A stretch of DNA of 64,000 nucleotides from a virus. Within the stretch, counting starts at the first letter, position 1. Each line of letters starts with the position of its first letter. The notes beneath the pieces were generated by a model, which worked only from the letters and a program-made list of their open reading frames with translations, searched no databases and had not been told where the DNA came from. Where the stretch lies: positions 106,407-170,406 of IMG/VR virus record IMGVR_UViG_3300030102_007788. The stretch is one strand, 5' to 3'. Positions 1 through 7,450 of this stretch are shown one piece after another. Position numbers and translations under genes: made by a program.

Positions 1-29
1 AATAATTCTGCAACACTTGCCACCGCATA

Positions 30-107
30 ATGGAAAGTCTTTGGGTCGTGGCCGGTTTGGTTATAGGTTTTATACTATGGATTAACTCACAACAACCAAG
101 AGAATGA
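30..107 (+). CDS. Small membrane peptide (25 aa, MESLWVVAGLVIGFILWINSQQPRE)
   Basis: Read by hand, not in ORF track; TAATG overlap upstream, ATGA overlap with the 104 ORF, one hydrophobic helix. Confidence 0.5.
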   Translation: MESLWVVAGLVIGFILWINSQQPRE

Positions 108-535
108 AAAACAAAATCGAGTATGTAATGCAACAAGAGGGAGAGAAAAACGTGATTCTCGGAATCCGTGGTAACGATAGGGATTTAATCATTCGACATT
201 ACTGGGATTTTTGGAATCACGAAGCGACATCTTCAGAGGACATAATCTGGGCGAATGATGTAGTGAAACCCTATTTGGGATATTTTTGGACTACTAAAAC
301 AAAACTAAAAAACGCTTTGGTTAATATGACTTTTAGCTCTCTACTAAATTGTGAGAATTTAAGTCAGTTCAAGGGGTTGAAGGGTGGCGCGATGCCTTTC
401 GCTAGGGACTACGCCAAATTGAGATATGACGACATTAAACCCGTCAGATTTCTTATGACAAAAAACAAATATGATTTTTACAGCTTGGGAAAGATAACAG
501 CAGAAAATTTAACTGATTACGATGCAGCAAAATAA
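104..535 (+). CDS. Hypothetical protein
   Basis: 143-aa ORF coupled to the upstream small ORF. Confidence 0.7.
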   Translation: MKNKIEYVMQQEGEKNVILGIRGNDRDLIIRHYWDFWNHEATSSEDIIWANDVVKPYLGYFWTTKTKLKNALVNMTFSSLLNCENLSQFKGLKGGAMPFARDYAKLRYDDIKPVRFLMTKNKYDFYSLGKITAENLTDYDAAK

Positions 536-743
536 TAATACTGACACACACCAAACGGAGGAGGCTTTCGGAGTTCCTCAGGATCAATTAAGAGGATTAA
601 TATCTTCAGTAAATCAGGGATATAAAACTTTTTGTAAAAAGAAAAAAAACGCCTTGGGTAAAAAATGTGACCGAAGGCACATGATGCCAAATAGTGAGCG
701 TTTATATAATCAGAATTTTGCCAACCCAAATAAAACTGATTAA
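522..743 (+). CDS. Hypothetical protein
   Basis: 73-aa ORF overlapping the previous stop, fills the gap to the tRNA. Confidence 0.5.
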   Translation: MQQNNNTDTHQTEEAFGVPQDQLRGLISSVNQGYKTFCKKKKNALGKKCDRRHMMPNSERLYNQNFANPNKTD

Positions 744-764
744 ATAATTATTAAATAATAACGG

Positions 765-838
765 CGCGGGGTAGCCAAGTGGTAAGGCAGGTCTCTGCAA
801 AAGACCCATCGTCGGTTCGATCCCGATCCTCGCGTCCA
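765..838 (+). tRNA. tRNA-Cys (GCA)
   Basis: Acceptor CGCGGGG/CCTCGCG, D-arm with TGG, anticodon arm GGTCT-CTGCAAA-AGACC (GCA 797-799), T-arm GTCGG-TTCGATC-CCGAT, U73, encoded CCA. Confidence 0.93.
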
Positions 839-853
839 TCTTCAAAACATACG

Positions 854-931
854 TAAGTCATTGACTATCAACGACTTAGGCGCGCAGCGCCCCCCCTCCG
901 CCGGCGTAACCCATTGATAATCAGTCACTTA
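854..931 (-). repeat. 78-bp bipartite palindrome element, copy 1 (inverted relative to the others)
   Basis: TAAGTCATTGACTATCAACGACTTA + 28-nt spacer with C7 tract + TAACCCATTGATAATCAGTCACTTA. Confidence 0.95.
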
Positions 932-961
932 GGGCCTTTTTTCTGTCAAGCTTTTTTAATC

Positions 962-994
962 AAAAAAAATCCCCCTCCCTTGCGGGAGGGGGTT
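962..994 (-). terminator. Intrinsic terminator of the DUF932 gene
   Basis: Minus strand CCCCCTCCC-GCAA-GGGAGGGGG followed by a T run. Confidence 0.85.
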
Positions 995-1007
995 GATGGT
1001 GTTCCCC

Positions 1008-1943
1008 TTAGTTCGCGGCCAGATCGACCACGGTGGCAGTCTTCTGCTTTTCAGGAACCTTGGAGGTCAGCTTCTTAAAGAAGGCTGGCTCGCGGGTTGC
1101 CTTATGCAGATTGCCAAGCACGTTCCGGTTAGAGCGTGATGACAGCTCAAACCGATGTTCCTGAACCTCGTGGGTGAGGTGTTGCGTGACCGCGTTGTAC
1201 AGGTTGTACATATTGCGATCATGTGCCACGGCGTCATGGCCCGACTCGATCCGAAAAGACTTGTTAGTCCAGATCGGCGCGATGGAATCCTTGAGGGACT
1301 CAGACAGAACTTTTTTAATGACAAGATTGTCAAGAATCAGTTCGCCTTGCTCTTTGGACAGTTCAAACTCCCTCATTTTTTTGAAGACGTTCACCGACTC
1401 GCGGTATTTGTCCATGCACTCATTCAGCGAATCCGTGATTGAGTCGAAACTCAAACGGGTGCTGTGACGTTGGCTCAGGCTGGTATCGTTAACCATTGTG
1501 ACCATGCCATTGCTGCAGATCTTCCGAAGAAGACCAAGACTCCAACTCAAACCACAACTCCGGTCAAAAGAGTTGTTGAGGGTCAGGCGCATCGAAACGA
1601 TGTCACCGACGGCTACCTCCTCCTGCTGGCCGGGGAAGTCGTAAACCCCATAAAACCGCGCCCCATCACGGGTAGCTAGTTTTTTGGATTTGAATTCACC
1701 GAGGTTGCTACCACGAAGGGCTTCCTCGACCTTTTCAACAACGACTCCGTTGTTGACGATTTCGTACTGCTTAGTGCTAGTACCCAGACAGACTCCATTG
1801 TCTGTGCGAAAGTTCCCGAAGATGGGGGACTTTCCGACCACTACCGGTCTCTGCTTGTGATCATACAAGGGGCGTTGTTCCACCTCGTAATCATACTCGC
1901 GAGAGTGTAGCGTCTCTTTTGGTATGGATTGTTTTCTGCTCAT
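1008..1943 (-). CDS. DUF932 family phage/plasmid protein
   Basis: LG..S..Y.IV.N, GARF, GDIV..RL.L.NSFD, GLLRKICSNGM and LYNAVT.H motifs. Confidence 0.8.
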   Translation of the reverse strand: MSRKQSIPKETLHSREYDYEVEQRPLYDHKQRPVVVGKSPIFGNFRTDNGVCLGTSTKQYEIVNNGVVVEKVEEALRGSNLGEFKSKKLATRDGARFYGVYDFPGQQEEVAVGDIVSMRLTLNNSFDRSCGLSWSLGLLRKICSNGMVTMVNDTSLSQRHSTRLSFDSITDSLNECMDKYRESVNVFKKMREFELSKEQGELILDNLVIKKVLSESLKDSIAPIWTNKSFRIESGHDAVAHDRNMYNLYNAVTQHLTHEVQEHRFELSSRSNRNVLGNLHKATREPAFFKKLTSKVPEKQKTATVVDLAAN

Positions 1944-2075
1944 AACATTTTTAGTGCTTCCTCAGCACGCATTTATATTCTCATAATCTGGCCACCGGGT
2001 CAACCCTTTTTTTGTAATTATTTTTCTTTTTTTTATGCTTGACTTTTCTGAACGAAACTCCGACAAGGTCCATCC

Positions 2076-2153
2076 TAAGTCATTGGTAATCAAGGACTTA
2101 GGGCCGCGGCGGGGGGGCGCCGCCGGCGTAACCCACTGACTATCAATAACTTA
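2076..2153 (+). repeat. 78-bp bipartite palindrome element, copy 2
   Basis: TAAGTCATTGGTAATCAAGGACTTA + 28 nt with CGGCGGGGGGGCGCC + TAACCCACTGACTATCAATAACTTA. Confidence 0.95.
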
Positions 2154-2157
2154 CGAC

Positions 2158-2187
2158 AAAAAAAACCCACGGCGTTGGCCGTGGGTT
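2158..2187 (-). terminator. Intrinsic terminator
   Basis: AACCCACGG/CCGTGGGTT stem followed by a T tract on the minus strand. Confidence 0.8.
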
Positions 2188-2326
2188 AGTGTTATGAAGA
2201 GACGTATAGATGTCTCAGGAGAGTGAAGCCCTCGCCTTGGTAAAACCCGCTAGGGTAGAAAGTATAAAACCCCTAACGGTAAAACCCAAGGCAAGGGCGA
2301 CTTGAAGGAAAGGAGGAACCTTCAAG
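2188..2326 (-). ncRNA. Structured 3' UTR / candidate sRNA
   Basis: Three consecutive hairpins (2301-2326, 2228-2298, 2199-2216); two mismatches become G-U pairs on the minus strand. Confidence 0.45.
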
Positions 2327-2564
2327 CACCTTTAGGAAGTAACCAGCTCCCTAAAATTCTCAGAAAATTTGGCTTTGTGAGATAGCGGTCAACTTCTTTT
2401 TGAGTAGCCAACCGAAGGTGTTCGGCGGGAATCGCTTTCTGATTCTTTCCGTGTCTTTCGGTGACAACTCTTGATTTGCTGAAGTTGTTTGAGATTACGC
2501 GCTCAACTTTTTTTGTCTTTGTATTGTAGTACAACGAACCGTTTCTTATCTTGGTAAGTTTCAT
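2322..2564 (-). CDS. Hypothetical protein (80 aa, start MKLTK)
   Basis: Start reassigned to GTT-ATG 10 nt after TTGACA-17-CATACT. Confidence 0.75.
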   Translation of the reverse strand: MKLTKIRNGSLYYNTKTKKVERVISNNFSKSRVVTERHGKNQKAIPAEHLRLATQKEVDRYLTKPNFLRILGSWLLPKGA

Positions 2565-2666
2565 AACTGAGAAAAGTATGCCCCACACAGGGAGCATTGT
2601 CAACATGAAAAAAAACAAAAAAAGGGGTTGACCATTCACAAAAAGTATGATTAAATTATCTCCGTT
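2565..2666. promoter_or_regulatory. Divergent sigma70-type promoter pair
   Basis: Minus: TTGACA-17-CATACT-10-ATG; plus: TTGACC-17-TTAAAT-10-ATG. Confidence 0.75.
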
Positions 2667-3086
2667 ATGAGGAAGTACATTCCATGGGAAAAGGCAGAGA
2701 GCTTCGCTCCGGATCGCGTCAAGGTGTATCGCAACCTCACTTACAAGTGTTGGACTATATGCGATGCGAAGGATGGCAAGCTATATTGTCATGCGGATAG
2801 TGTTGACTTGCGTGATTGCAAGTTTCGGGTGCAGCCAGCAGGCCGCGCAAGAGTCTTGAAGGAGCGGCAGAAGAACGTCCACGCTTACGTGGTCGGAAAG
2901 TTCCACGATGTGAACTTCGAGCAGGCGCACTATATGCCTCGCGGCTACAAATTCGCGCAGGCTTTCTACAATCCTTATAGGGTTGAAACGTTTGTGAATT
3001 ATCACAATGGCACGCCGCTATATGAAGCGGCACGGGTTGTCTGCAAAAAGGCAGCAGACGGGGCAATGAACATTTATTACGCTTGA
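2667..3086 (+). CDS. Conserved phage hypothetical protein
   Basis: VYRNL...GRARVL.E.QKNVHAYV.G pattern, which I recognise as recurrent in phage proteins. Confidence 0.8.
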   Translation: MRKYIPWEKAESFAPDRVKVYRNLTYKCWTICDAKDGKLYCHADSVDLRDCKFRVQPAGRARVLKERQKNVHAYVVGKFHDVNFEQAHYMPRGYKFAQAFYNPYRVETFVNYHNGTPLYEAARVVCKKAADGAMNIYYA

Positions 3087-3133
3087 CAGCGTACCCTGTC
3101 TAATATATAGTTATCAGCAGTTAAGGGAACAAC

Positions 3134-3385
3134 ATGAATCAGAATCAAATGGATGATCATTGGCTGAGGCCGCGAACAAAAGCGGGAACTGAAGAGATGC
3201 GGAAAAGACTCAAAGCTATGAGGTTTATGCTGGAAGAAGCAGCGGCTCAAAGCCTAGAGGGCCGGATAGCTTCTAAGGTATTCAATGAATACTTTTCTTT
3301 CGAGTGGGAGGATGTACCATCCCTAGAAGAAAAAAAAGTAGATTTAACGAAAAAGGTGGTTGACACCGCTGCCAGTGTGCAGTAA
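3134..3385 (+). CDS. Hypothetical protein
   Basis: 83-aa ORF after TTGACA-17-TATAGT promoter and AAGGGA. Confidence 0.65.
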   Translation: MNQNQMDDHWLRPRTKAGTEEMRKRLKAMRFMLEEAAAQSLEGRIASKVFNEYFSFEWEDVPSLEEKKVDLTKKVVDTAASVQ

Positions 3386-3388
3386 GAT
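3360..3388 (+). promoter_or_regulatory. sigma70-type promoter for the non-coding region
   Basis: TTGACA-17-TAAGAT. Confidence 0.75.
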
Positions 3389-3394
3389 GAGTTT

Positions 3395-3843
3395 TCCCTT
3401 CGGGGACTTGTTAATATAACTTGTATATCTGTCTCCCTGTTAGTGGAGGTTAACTAACAAAGGTTATAGTAGTCGCACCTTCAATTGTATTATTGTTGTG
3501 TTTCATAGTAAAGGGAGTCAGACTGGGCTGACTTAAAACAACCCAGACGCTTTTTGAAAATTTGAGTTGACGGAGTTAAATACCCCTGCGAGTTTCCGTA
3601 CATTTACTCGTGCCCGTTTTACTGCTGGTGGTGCGGCAGCAACTCATTAATTTCCCTTCTCGACGGAGAAGGGCGGTGTGACGGAATTAATCTCTCCCAA
3701 GGAGATAACGTAGCACCTGCGGAAGTACCAACGGCTAAGTGGTTGAGGGAAAACGTGGGTGAGTCCGAAGTAGGTTGATAAGAAACTTTGTTTCTCGGGA
3801 ACCGAAAAGGTGTTGGTAAACAAATAATCCAACCACCATTTTT
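3395..3843 (+). ncRNA. Candidate large structured ncRNA (~450 nt)
   Basis: No credible ORF; own promoter; UUCG hairpin, H-type pseudoknot, multibranch domain, terminal hairpin and T run. Confidence 0.6.
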
Positions 3844-3854
3844 AATTTATAACA

Positions 3855-4070
3855 ATGAAAACTAAACACGCCCAAAGAAAGGCAGAGAAAAGAAAGGCAA
3901 CCCGCAGCCTTAAACTTGATGCGGTCAAGACTCGCGACATAATTGTCCGTGGCTTGAAGCAAGAAGTTAAAAGAGACTTTCGTCGCTGGAAAAAGAATCA
4001 TGCTGGCAAGGTTGAGATAATTTCTCATATTAAAAAATTGGAATCGCAGGTTAATCAAATATTCTCATAA
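3855..4070 (+). CDS. Small basic hypothetical protein
   Basis: 71-aa Lys/Arg-rich ORF. Confidence 0.6.
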   Translation: MKTKHAQRKAEKRKATRSLKLDAVKTRDIIVRGLKQEVKRDFRRWKKNHAGKVEIISHIKKLESQVNQIFS

Positions 4071-4249
4071 TGATTTGCTATGAGTGTGGCATCAAAGCCC
4101 AACGCAAAGAAACAAGATCAGCCAAGAAAGAAAGCCGCGATCCTCAAATAACTATTAGATGCGGCACATGGCGTAAAGGTTCATGCGATAAGTGTAAGAA
4201 AAAAAGAATTCATGTAACAGAAATTTCTGATTTTATTCTGATTAAATAA
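4070..4249 (+). CDS. Small Zn-finger protein (59 aa, MICYECGIK...CDKCKK)
   Basis: Read by hand; TAATG coupling to the previous gene; two CxxC pairs. Confidence 0.6.
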   Translation: MICYECGIKAQRKETRSAKKESRDPQITIRCGTWRKGSCDKCKKKRIHVTEISDFILIK

Positions 4250-4346
4250 GAAGTAAATAAGGATTAAATAAATAACAAATATTGTTAAATTCTTTTAATT
4301 TCTGAGAAAAAAATTATTTTTTTGAAAAAAATTCTTAAAAAGCACC

Positions 4347-4424
4347 TAAGTCACTGGTAATCAGTCACTTACGACTCCGGAGGGGGGGCGCCGCAGCCGT
4401 AAGTCATTGGTATTCAACGACTTA
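4347..4424 (+). repeat. 78-bp bipartite palindrome element, copy 3
   Basis: TAAGTCACTGGTAATCAGTCACTTA + 28 nt + TAAGTCATTGGTATTCAACGACTTA. Confidence 0.95.
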
Positions 4425-4448
4425 AGGTGTTTTTTTTGTCAAGGTTTT

Positions 4449-4673
4449 TTAGCCTTGATAGCGGTAGGCTCCGAGCAGGTCGCCGCCCCAACCGTGGGCA
4501 ACGGTGCAGCCGTCCTCTTCCAGAATCCAAGGCCACATATTGTCATCAGCCTGCTGGGCCAACTCCAAAGCCTTGTCCATTGCCGAATGGTCAACACCGG
4601 CTTCATTGGTGAATTCCTTGCTGCTCACCCTGTTGGTGTCCTCGTTCTTCCAGTACAATGTATATGTCCTCAT
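4449..4673 (-). CDS. Small acidic hypothetical protein
   Basis: 74 aa; own promoter TTGACT-16-TAAGAT-9-ATG. Confidence 0.75.
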   Translation of the reverse strand: MRTYTLYWKNEDTNRVSSKEFTNEAGVDHSAMDKALELAQQADDNMWPWILEEDGCTVAHGWGGDLLGAYRYQG

Positions 4674-4732
4674 AACGGAATTATCTTATCACAAGTTCAG
4701 AAAAAGTCAACAGGTTTTTTTAATTTTTTGAC

Positions 4733-4759
4733 AAAAAAAAGCCGCCCCGAAGGGCGGCC
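4733..4759 (-). terminator. Intrinsic terminator
   Basis: Minus strand GCCGCCC-TTCGG-GGGCGGC-type stem followed by T8. Confidence 0.8.
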
Positions 4760-4771
4760 TAGGTAACCCCG

Positions 4772-5254
4772 TTAGGAAAGTTCCTTGATTTGGGCCTTGA
4801 CGGCGATGAGTCGCGCCGTTTGTTTCGCGATCTCGTCGCGGGTCACGGAGCGGCGTTTGTCGTAATCCTGAAGCTCTTCGAGCTTCGCGGTGATGTCGCG
4901 CAGATCACTCTGCAACTCGTCGAGCTTTTGCTGCTTGACGTTGTCCACCGGCTTGGCCTTTTCGGCTTTGGCTTTCGCCTTTTCGGCTTTGGCTTTCGCC
5001 TTGGCCTCAAGCTCATGGGTTGGAAGCTCTCTGGCGATCCTCGCGAAGTACGGATTGGTTTTCGCGCTGGATTTGCCGTTGAGCTTGGCCTCGGTTTGGT
5101 GTCCGCGTTGTTGAGCGCACTTCACCGCAAAGCCCTTGATGGCGAGGTTAATCGCGTCAAGGTTAGTTGCTTTGCCCGACAGTAGGTCGCTGATTACGTT
5201 GCTCAGCATGATTGAGTCGTCAGCCCTGTTCATTCCGTTATTGGATTTTTTCAT
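4772..5254 (-). CDS. Coiled-coil protein with AKAKAEK repeat
   Basis: 160 aa, GAAAGGA SD-like site, GC-rich codons. Confidence 0.8.
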   Translation of the reverse strand: MKKSNNGMNRADDSIMLSNVISDLLSGKATNLDAINLAIKGFAVKCAQQRGHQTEAKLNGKSSAKTNPYFARIARELPTHELEAKAKAKAEKAKAKAEKAKPVDNVKQQKLDELQSDLRDITAKLEELQDYDKRRSVTRDEIAKQTARLIAVKAQIKELS

Positions 5255-5298
5255 TTAGTTTTGTCCTTTCGTTTTGTGTTAGCGTTACGCTAACGGGG

Positions 5299-6327
5299 TT
5301 AATGCCACCACCTACTATTCGCAGTCGAGCTATAACTCAAACTCTGCATGCTGCATCCGGTGGCTTTTATGTACGCTCTCTTGAGTTTAAGAAGATTTCT
5401 GTGATCTTCTATCATCTCTTGAGAAATTTCTTTACTACTTACTGAAAAACCTTCTTGTAAAAACTGGGCTTGTATTACAGATTTTACATAGGAGTCTTCA
5501 AGATTATCTCTGCATTTTTGACCTGCTGCTATACTCTGGTCTCGATACTTATTTTTTTGTTCTTTTGTTATCAACTCCTCCCGATAATGTTTATCAAAGC
5601 ATGATTCCTTGCAATATGCGCGGGCTTGACCGCCGGGAATTATAGGTTTCCCTTCCGCATCCCACCAACTGATAAAACTAAAATCTTTTTTGCAGCCAAT
5701 ACAGTTATGAGTAAACTCTCTTTTTGTTATATCTTTTGGAATGTATGGCCAGTTCTTAATTGAGCCATATTTTTTATTCCAAACACCTTGGAACAGTCTC
5801 CAGCCGTGTTGACATTTAGCGTTTTTGCATACTTTTTGCCTGTTGCCATACCTTCGTTCAAAGGTTCCTTGGCAGTATGGGCAAGTGGCCGTGGGGTAGT
5901 TTCCGTTTTTGTCGTGAGTCAATCTTGGATTACCGTTGATGTCCAGCTTTGGTTTTTGCTGTTTAGCAACTTGATTCCGTCTTGCCGCTTCTTTTCTGCT
6001 GCATTTTACAGAGCAAAATTTGAATCGGCTCTTTTCGCTTGGCTTTGATAATTTACCCCTAGTTGTCCACTTTTTCCTTGTTATCTGGTATGTTTTTTCG
6101 CAACCTTCAGCCTCGCATACGAATGTATTAGTGACAGTCTCTTTATATTTGTCGGACTTCAGAAAATTCTGGATTTTTTCGCGTGATTTTGCACCAATTC
6201 TTTCGGCGGCGATTCTTCGCGCCATTCCCCCATTATTGTCAAAGCAAGTTTTGTTTTCATCTTCTCTGCAATACTTCGCTCCTAGTTTTGGATTTATTTT
6301 TGAGCCGCAGGCTTTGCACTTCCTCAT
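5299..6327 (-). CDS. Multi Zn-finger (Cys-rich) basic protein
   Basis: Repeated CxxC...[KF/Y]CxxxC units; promoter TTGACT-17-TAGGAT-10-ATG. Confidence 0.8.
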   Translation of the reverse strand: MRKCKACGSKINPKLGAKYCREDENKTCFDNNGGMARRIAAERIGAKSREKIQNFLKSDKYKETVTNTFVCEAEGCEKTYQITRKKWTTRGKLSKPSEKSRFKFCSVKCSRKEAARRNQVAKQQKPKLDINGNPRLTHDKNGNYPTATCPYCQGTFERRYGNRQKVCKNAKCQHGWRLFQGVWNKKYGSIKNWPYIPKDITKREFTHNCIGCKKDFSFISWWDAEGKPIIPGGQARAYCKESCFDKHYREELITKEQKNKYRDQSIAAGQKCRDNLEDSYVKSVIQAQFLQEGFSVSSKEISQEMIEDHRNLLKLKRAYIKATGCSMQSLSYSSTANSRWWH

Positions 6328-6375
6328 AACAGAGATAATCCTAATTTATTCTGGCTGGAGAGTCAACAATTTATT

Positions 6376-7044
6376 TTAATTATTTTTAATTAAAGACCGA
6401 TACATTTTTTCACAATTAACGAATGCCATCATCAACATTTTACTTTGGGGCGAGGTTGCGTAAGGATGCGACCAAATGCACAACCAATCTTTTTCTGAAA
6501 ATTTTCTTTCAACATATGGCTCCAAATTGTGTGCATAGTTGCCGCCACCGTCTCGAATTTCCCAGTCCAAATCATGTGAGCCGCGTCCACTTGTTCTGAG
6601 GAAAGTCACGACAACAATTGAACCCTTTGCGCATTGTTCTGTTGATTCTGCCATGCGCGTTCTCGTTGCCGCTCCGCAGTAATCGCGCCAGATAAACATT
6701 GGATTATTATAATAATTAAAATCAACCACACCGTTTCGGGGCATTTCAATATTCTGATAAGTTAAAATGTCATCATTCTGGTCAATCATCCTGCTTACTT
6801 TTGGTGAGTCGAGATTACGCCAAAATATGTCTTCCTCTTTCTCATAACAAAACAGTTTTGTATTTTCTTGCCTTGCTGTTTTCAATATTTCTTTTTCTTG
6901 AGCCCAGACAACATATGGTAACGTAGCAATGGCTTTTGCTTTTTTAGAGTGATACCTTTCAAAGTTTACCCGCAACCCATCAACTAAGTGACGAGCCTTT
7001 ACCTTTTCATTCTTCTCACTTATCTCTGCCTTGTAGTTTGTCAT
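6376..7044 (-). CDS. Hypothetical protein, possible SAM-methyltransferase-like fold
   Basis: LFCYEKE and FIWRDYCG resemble motifs of phage MTase-like proteins; weak evidence. Confidence 0.5.
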   Translation of the reverse strand: MTNYKAEISEKNEKVKARHLVDGLRVNFERYHSKKAKAIATLPYVVWAQEKEILKTARQENTKLFCYEKEEDIFWRNLDSPKVSRMIDQNDDILTYQNIEMPRNGVVDFNYYNNPMFIWRDYCGAATRTRMAESTEQCAKGSIVVVTFLRTSGRGSHDLDWEIRDGGGNYAHNLEPYVERKFSEKDWLCIWSHPYATSPQSKMLMMAFVNCEKMYRSLIKNN

Positions 7045-7211
7045 TTTTGATTGGTTTTAAGCCGAGGGTGGTTAGTCCCCCGGCACAGGAATATATTGGC
7101 ATAAAAAAACTTTTAAGACAAGGGAAAAAAGTATTTTTTTTGCAATAAAATTATTTTTTTAAATGGGGAAGATGGCACAGAACCTGCACCGGAGAAGGGG
7201 TCAAAAAAACG

Positions 7212-7289
7212 TAAGTCATTGATTACCAGTGGTTTACGCCTGCGGCGGGGGGGCGCCGAGGCCGTAAGTCATTGATACTCAGTCACTTA
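7212..7289 (+). repeat. 78-bp bipartite palindrome element, copy 4
   Basis: TAAGTCATTGATTACCAGTGGTTTA + 28 nt + TAAGTCATTGATACTCAGTCACTTA. Confidence 0.95.
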
Positions 7290-7324
7290 CGACTTTTTTT
7301 ATTATTTTAATTTTTTTACTTGAC

Positions 7325-7362
7325 AAAAATGCCCCGCCGAGCTCATGAGGACTCGACGGGGC
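7325..7362 (-). terminator. Intrinsic terminator
   Basis: GCCCCGTCGAG...CTCGGCGGGGC stem followed by ATTTTT on the minus strand. Confidence 0.75.
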
Positions 7363-7450
7363 TGCGTTATGAGATTGGGGTCTTATTAAGTGCGACAGCT
7401 TCCCCCGTTGCCGTTGTCTAGGTCACTATCATGCCTCCGCACTTAAATTA

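Noticed and set aside
2101-2128. G-rich core as KOPS or a G-quadruplex
   Set aside because: It does not match GGGNAGGG and has only one long G tract per element
3395-3843. tmRNA, RNase P RNA or group I intron
   Set aside because: It ends in CCACCA but lacks a T-arm and tRNA-like 5' end; no GAGGAAAGUCC; it does not interrupt a gene
3647-4058. Minus-strand ORFs 3647-3832 and 3735-4058
   Set aside because: Antisense to the structured RNA and the 3855 gene, with no promoter or start context
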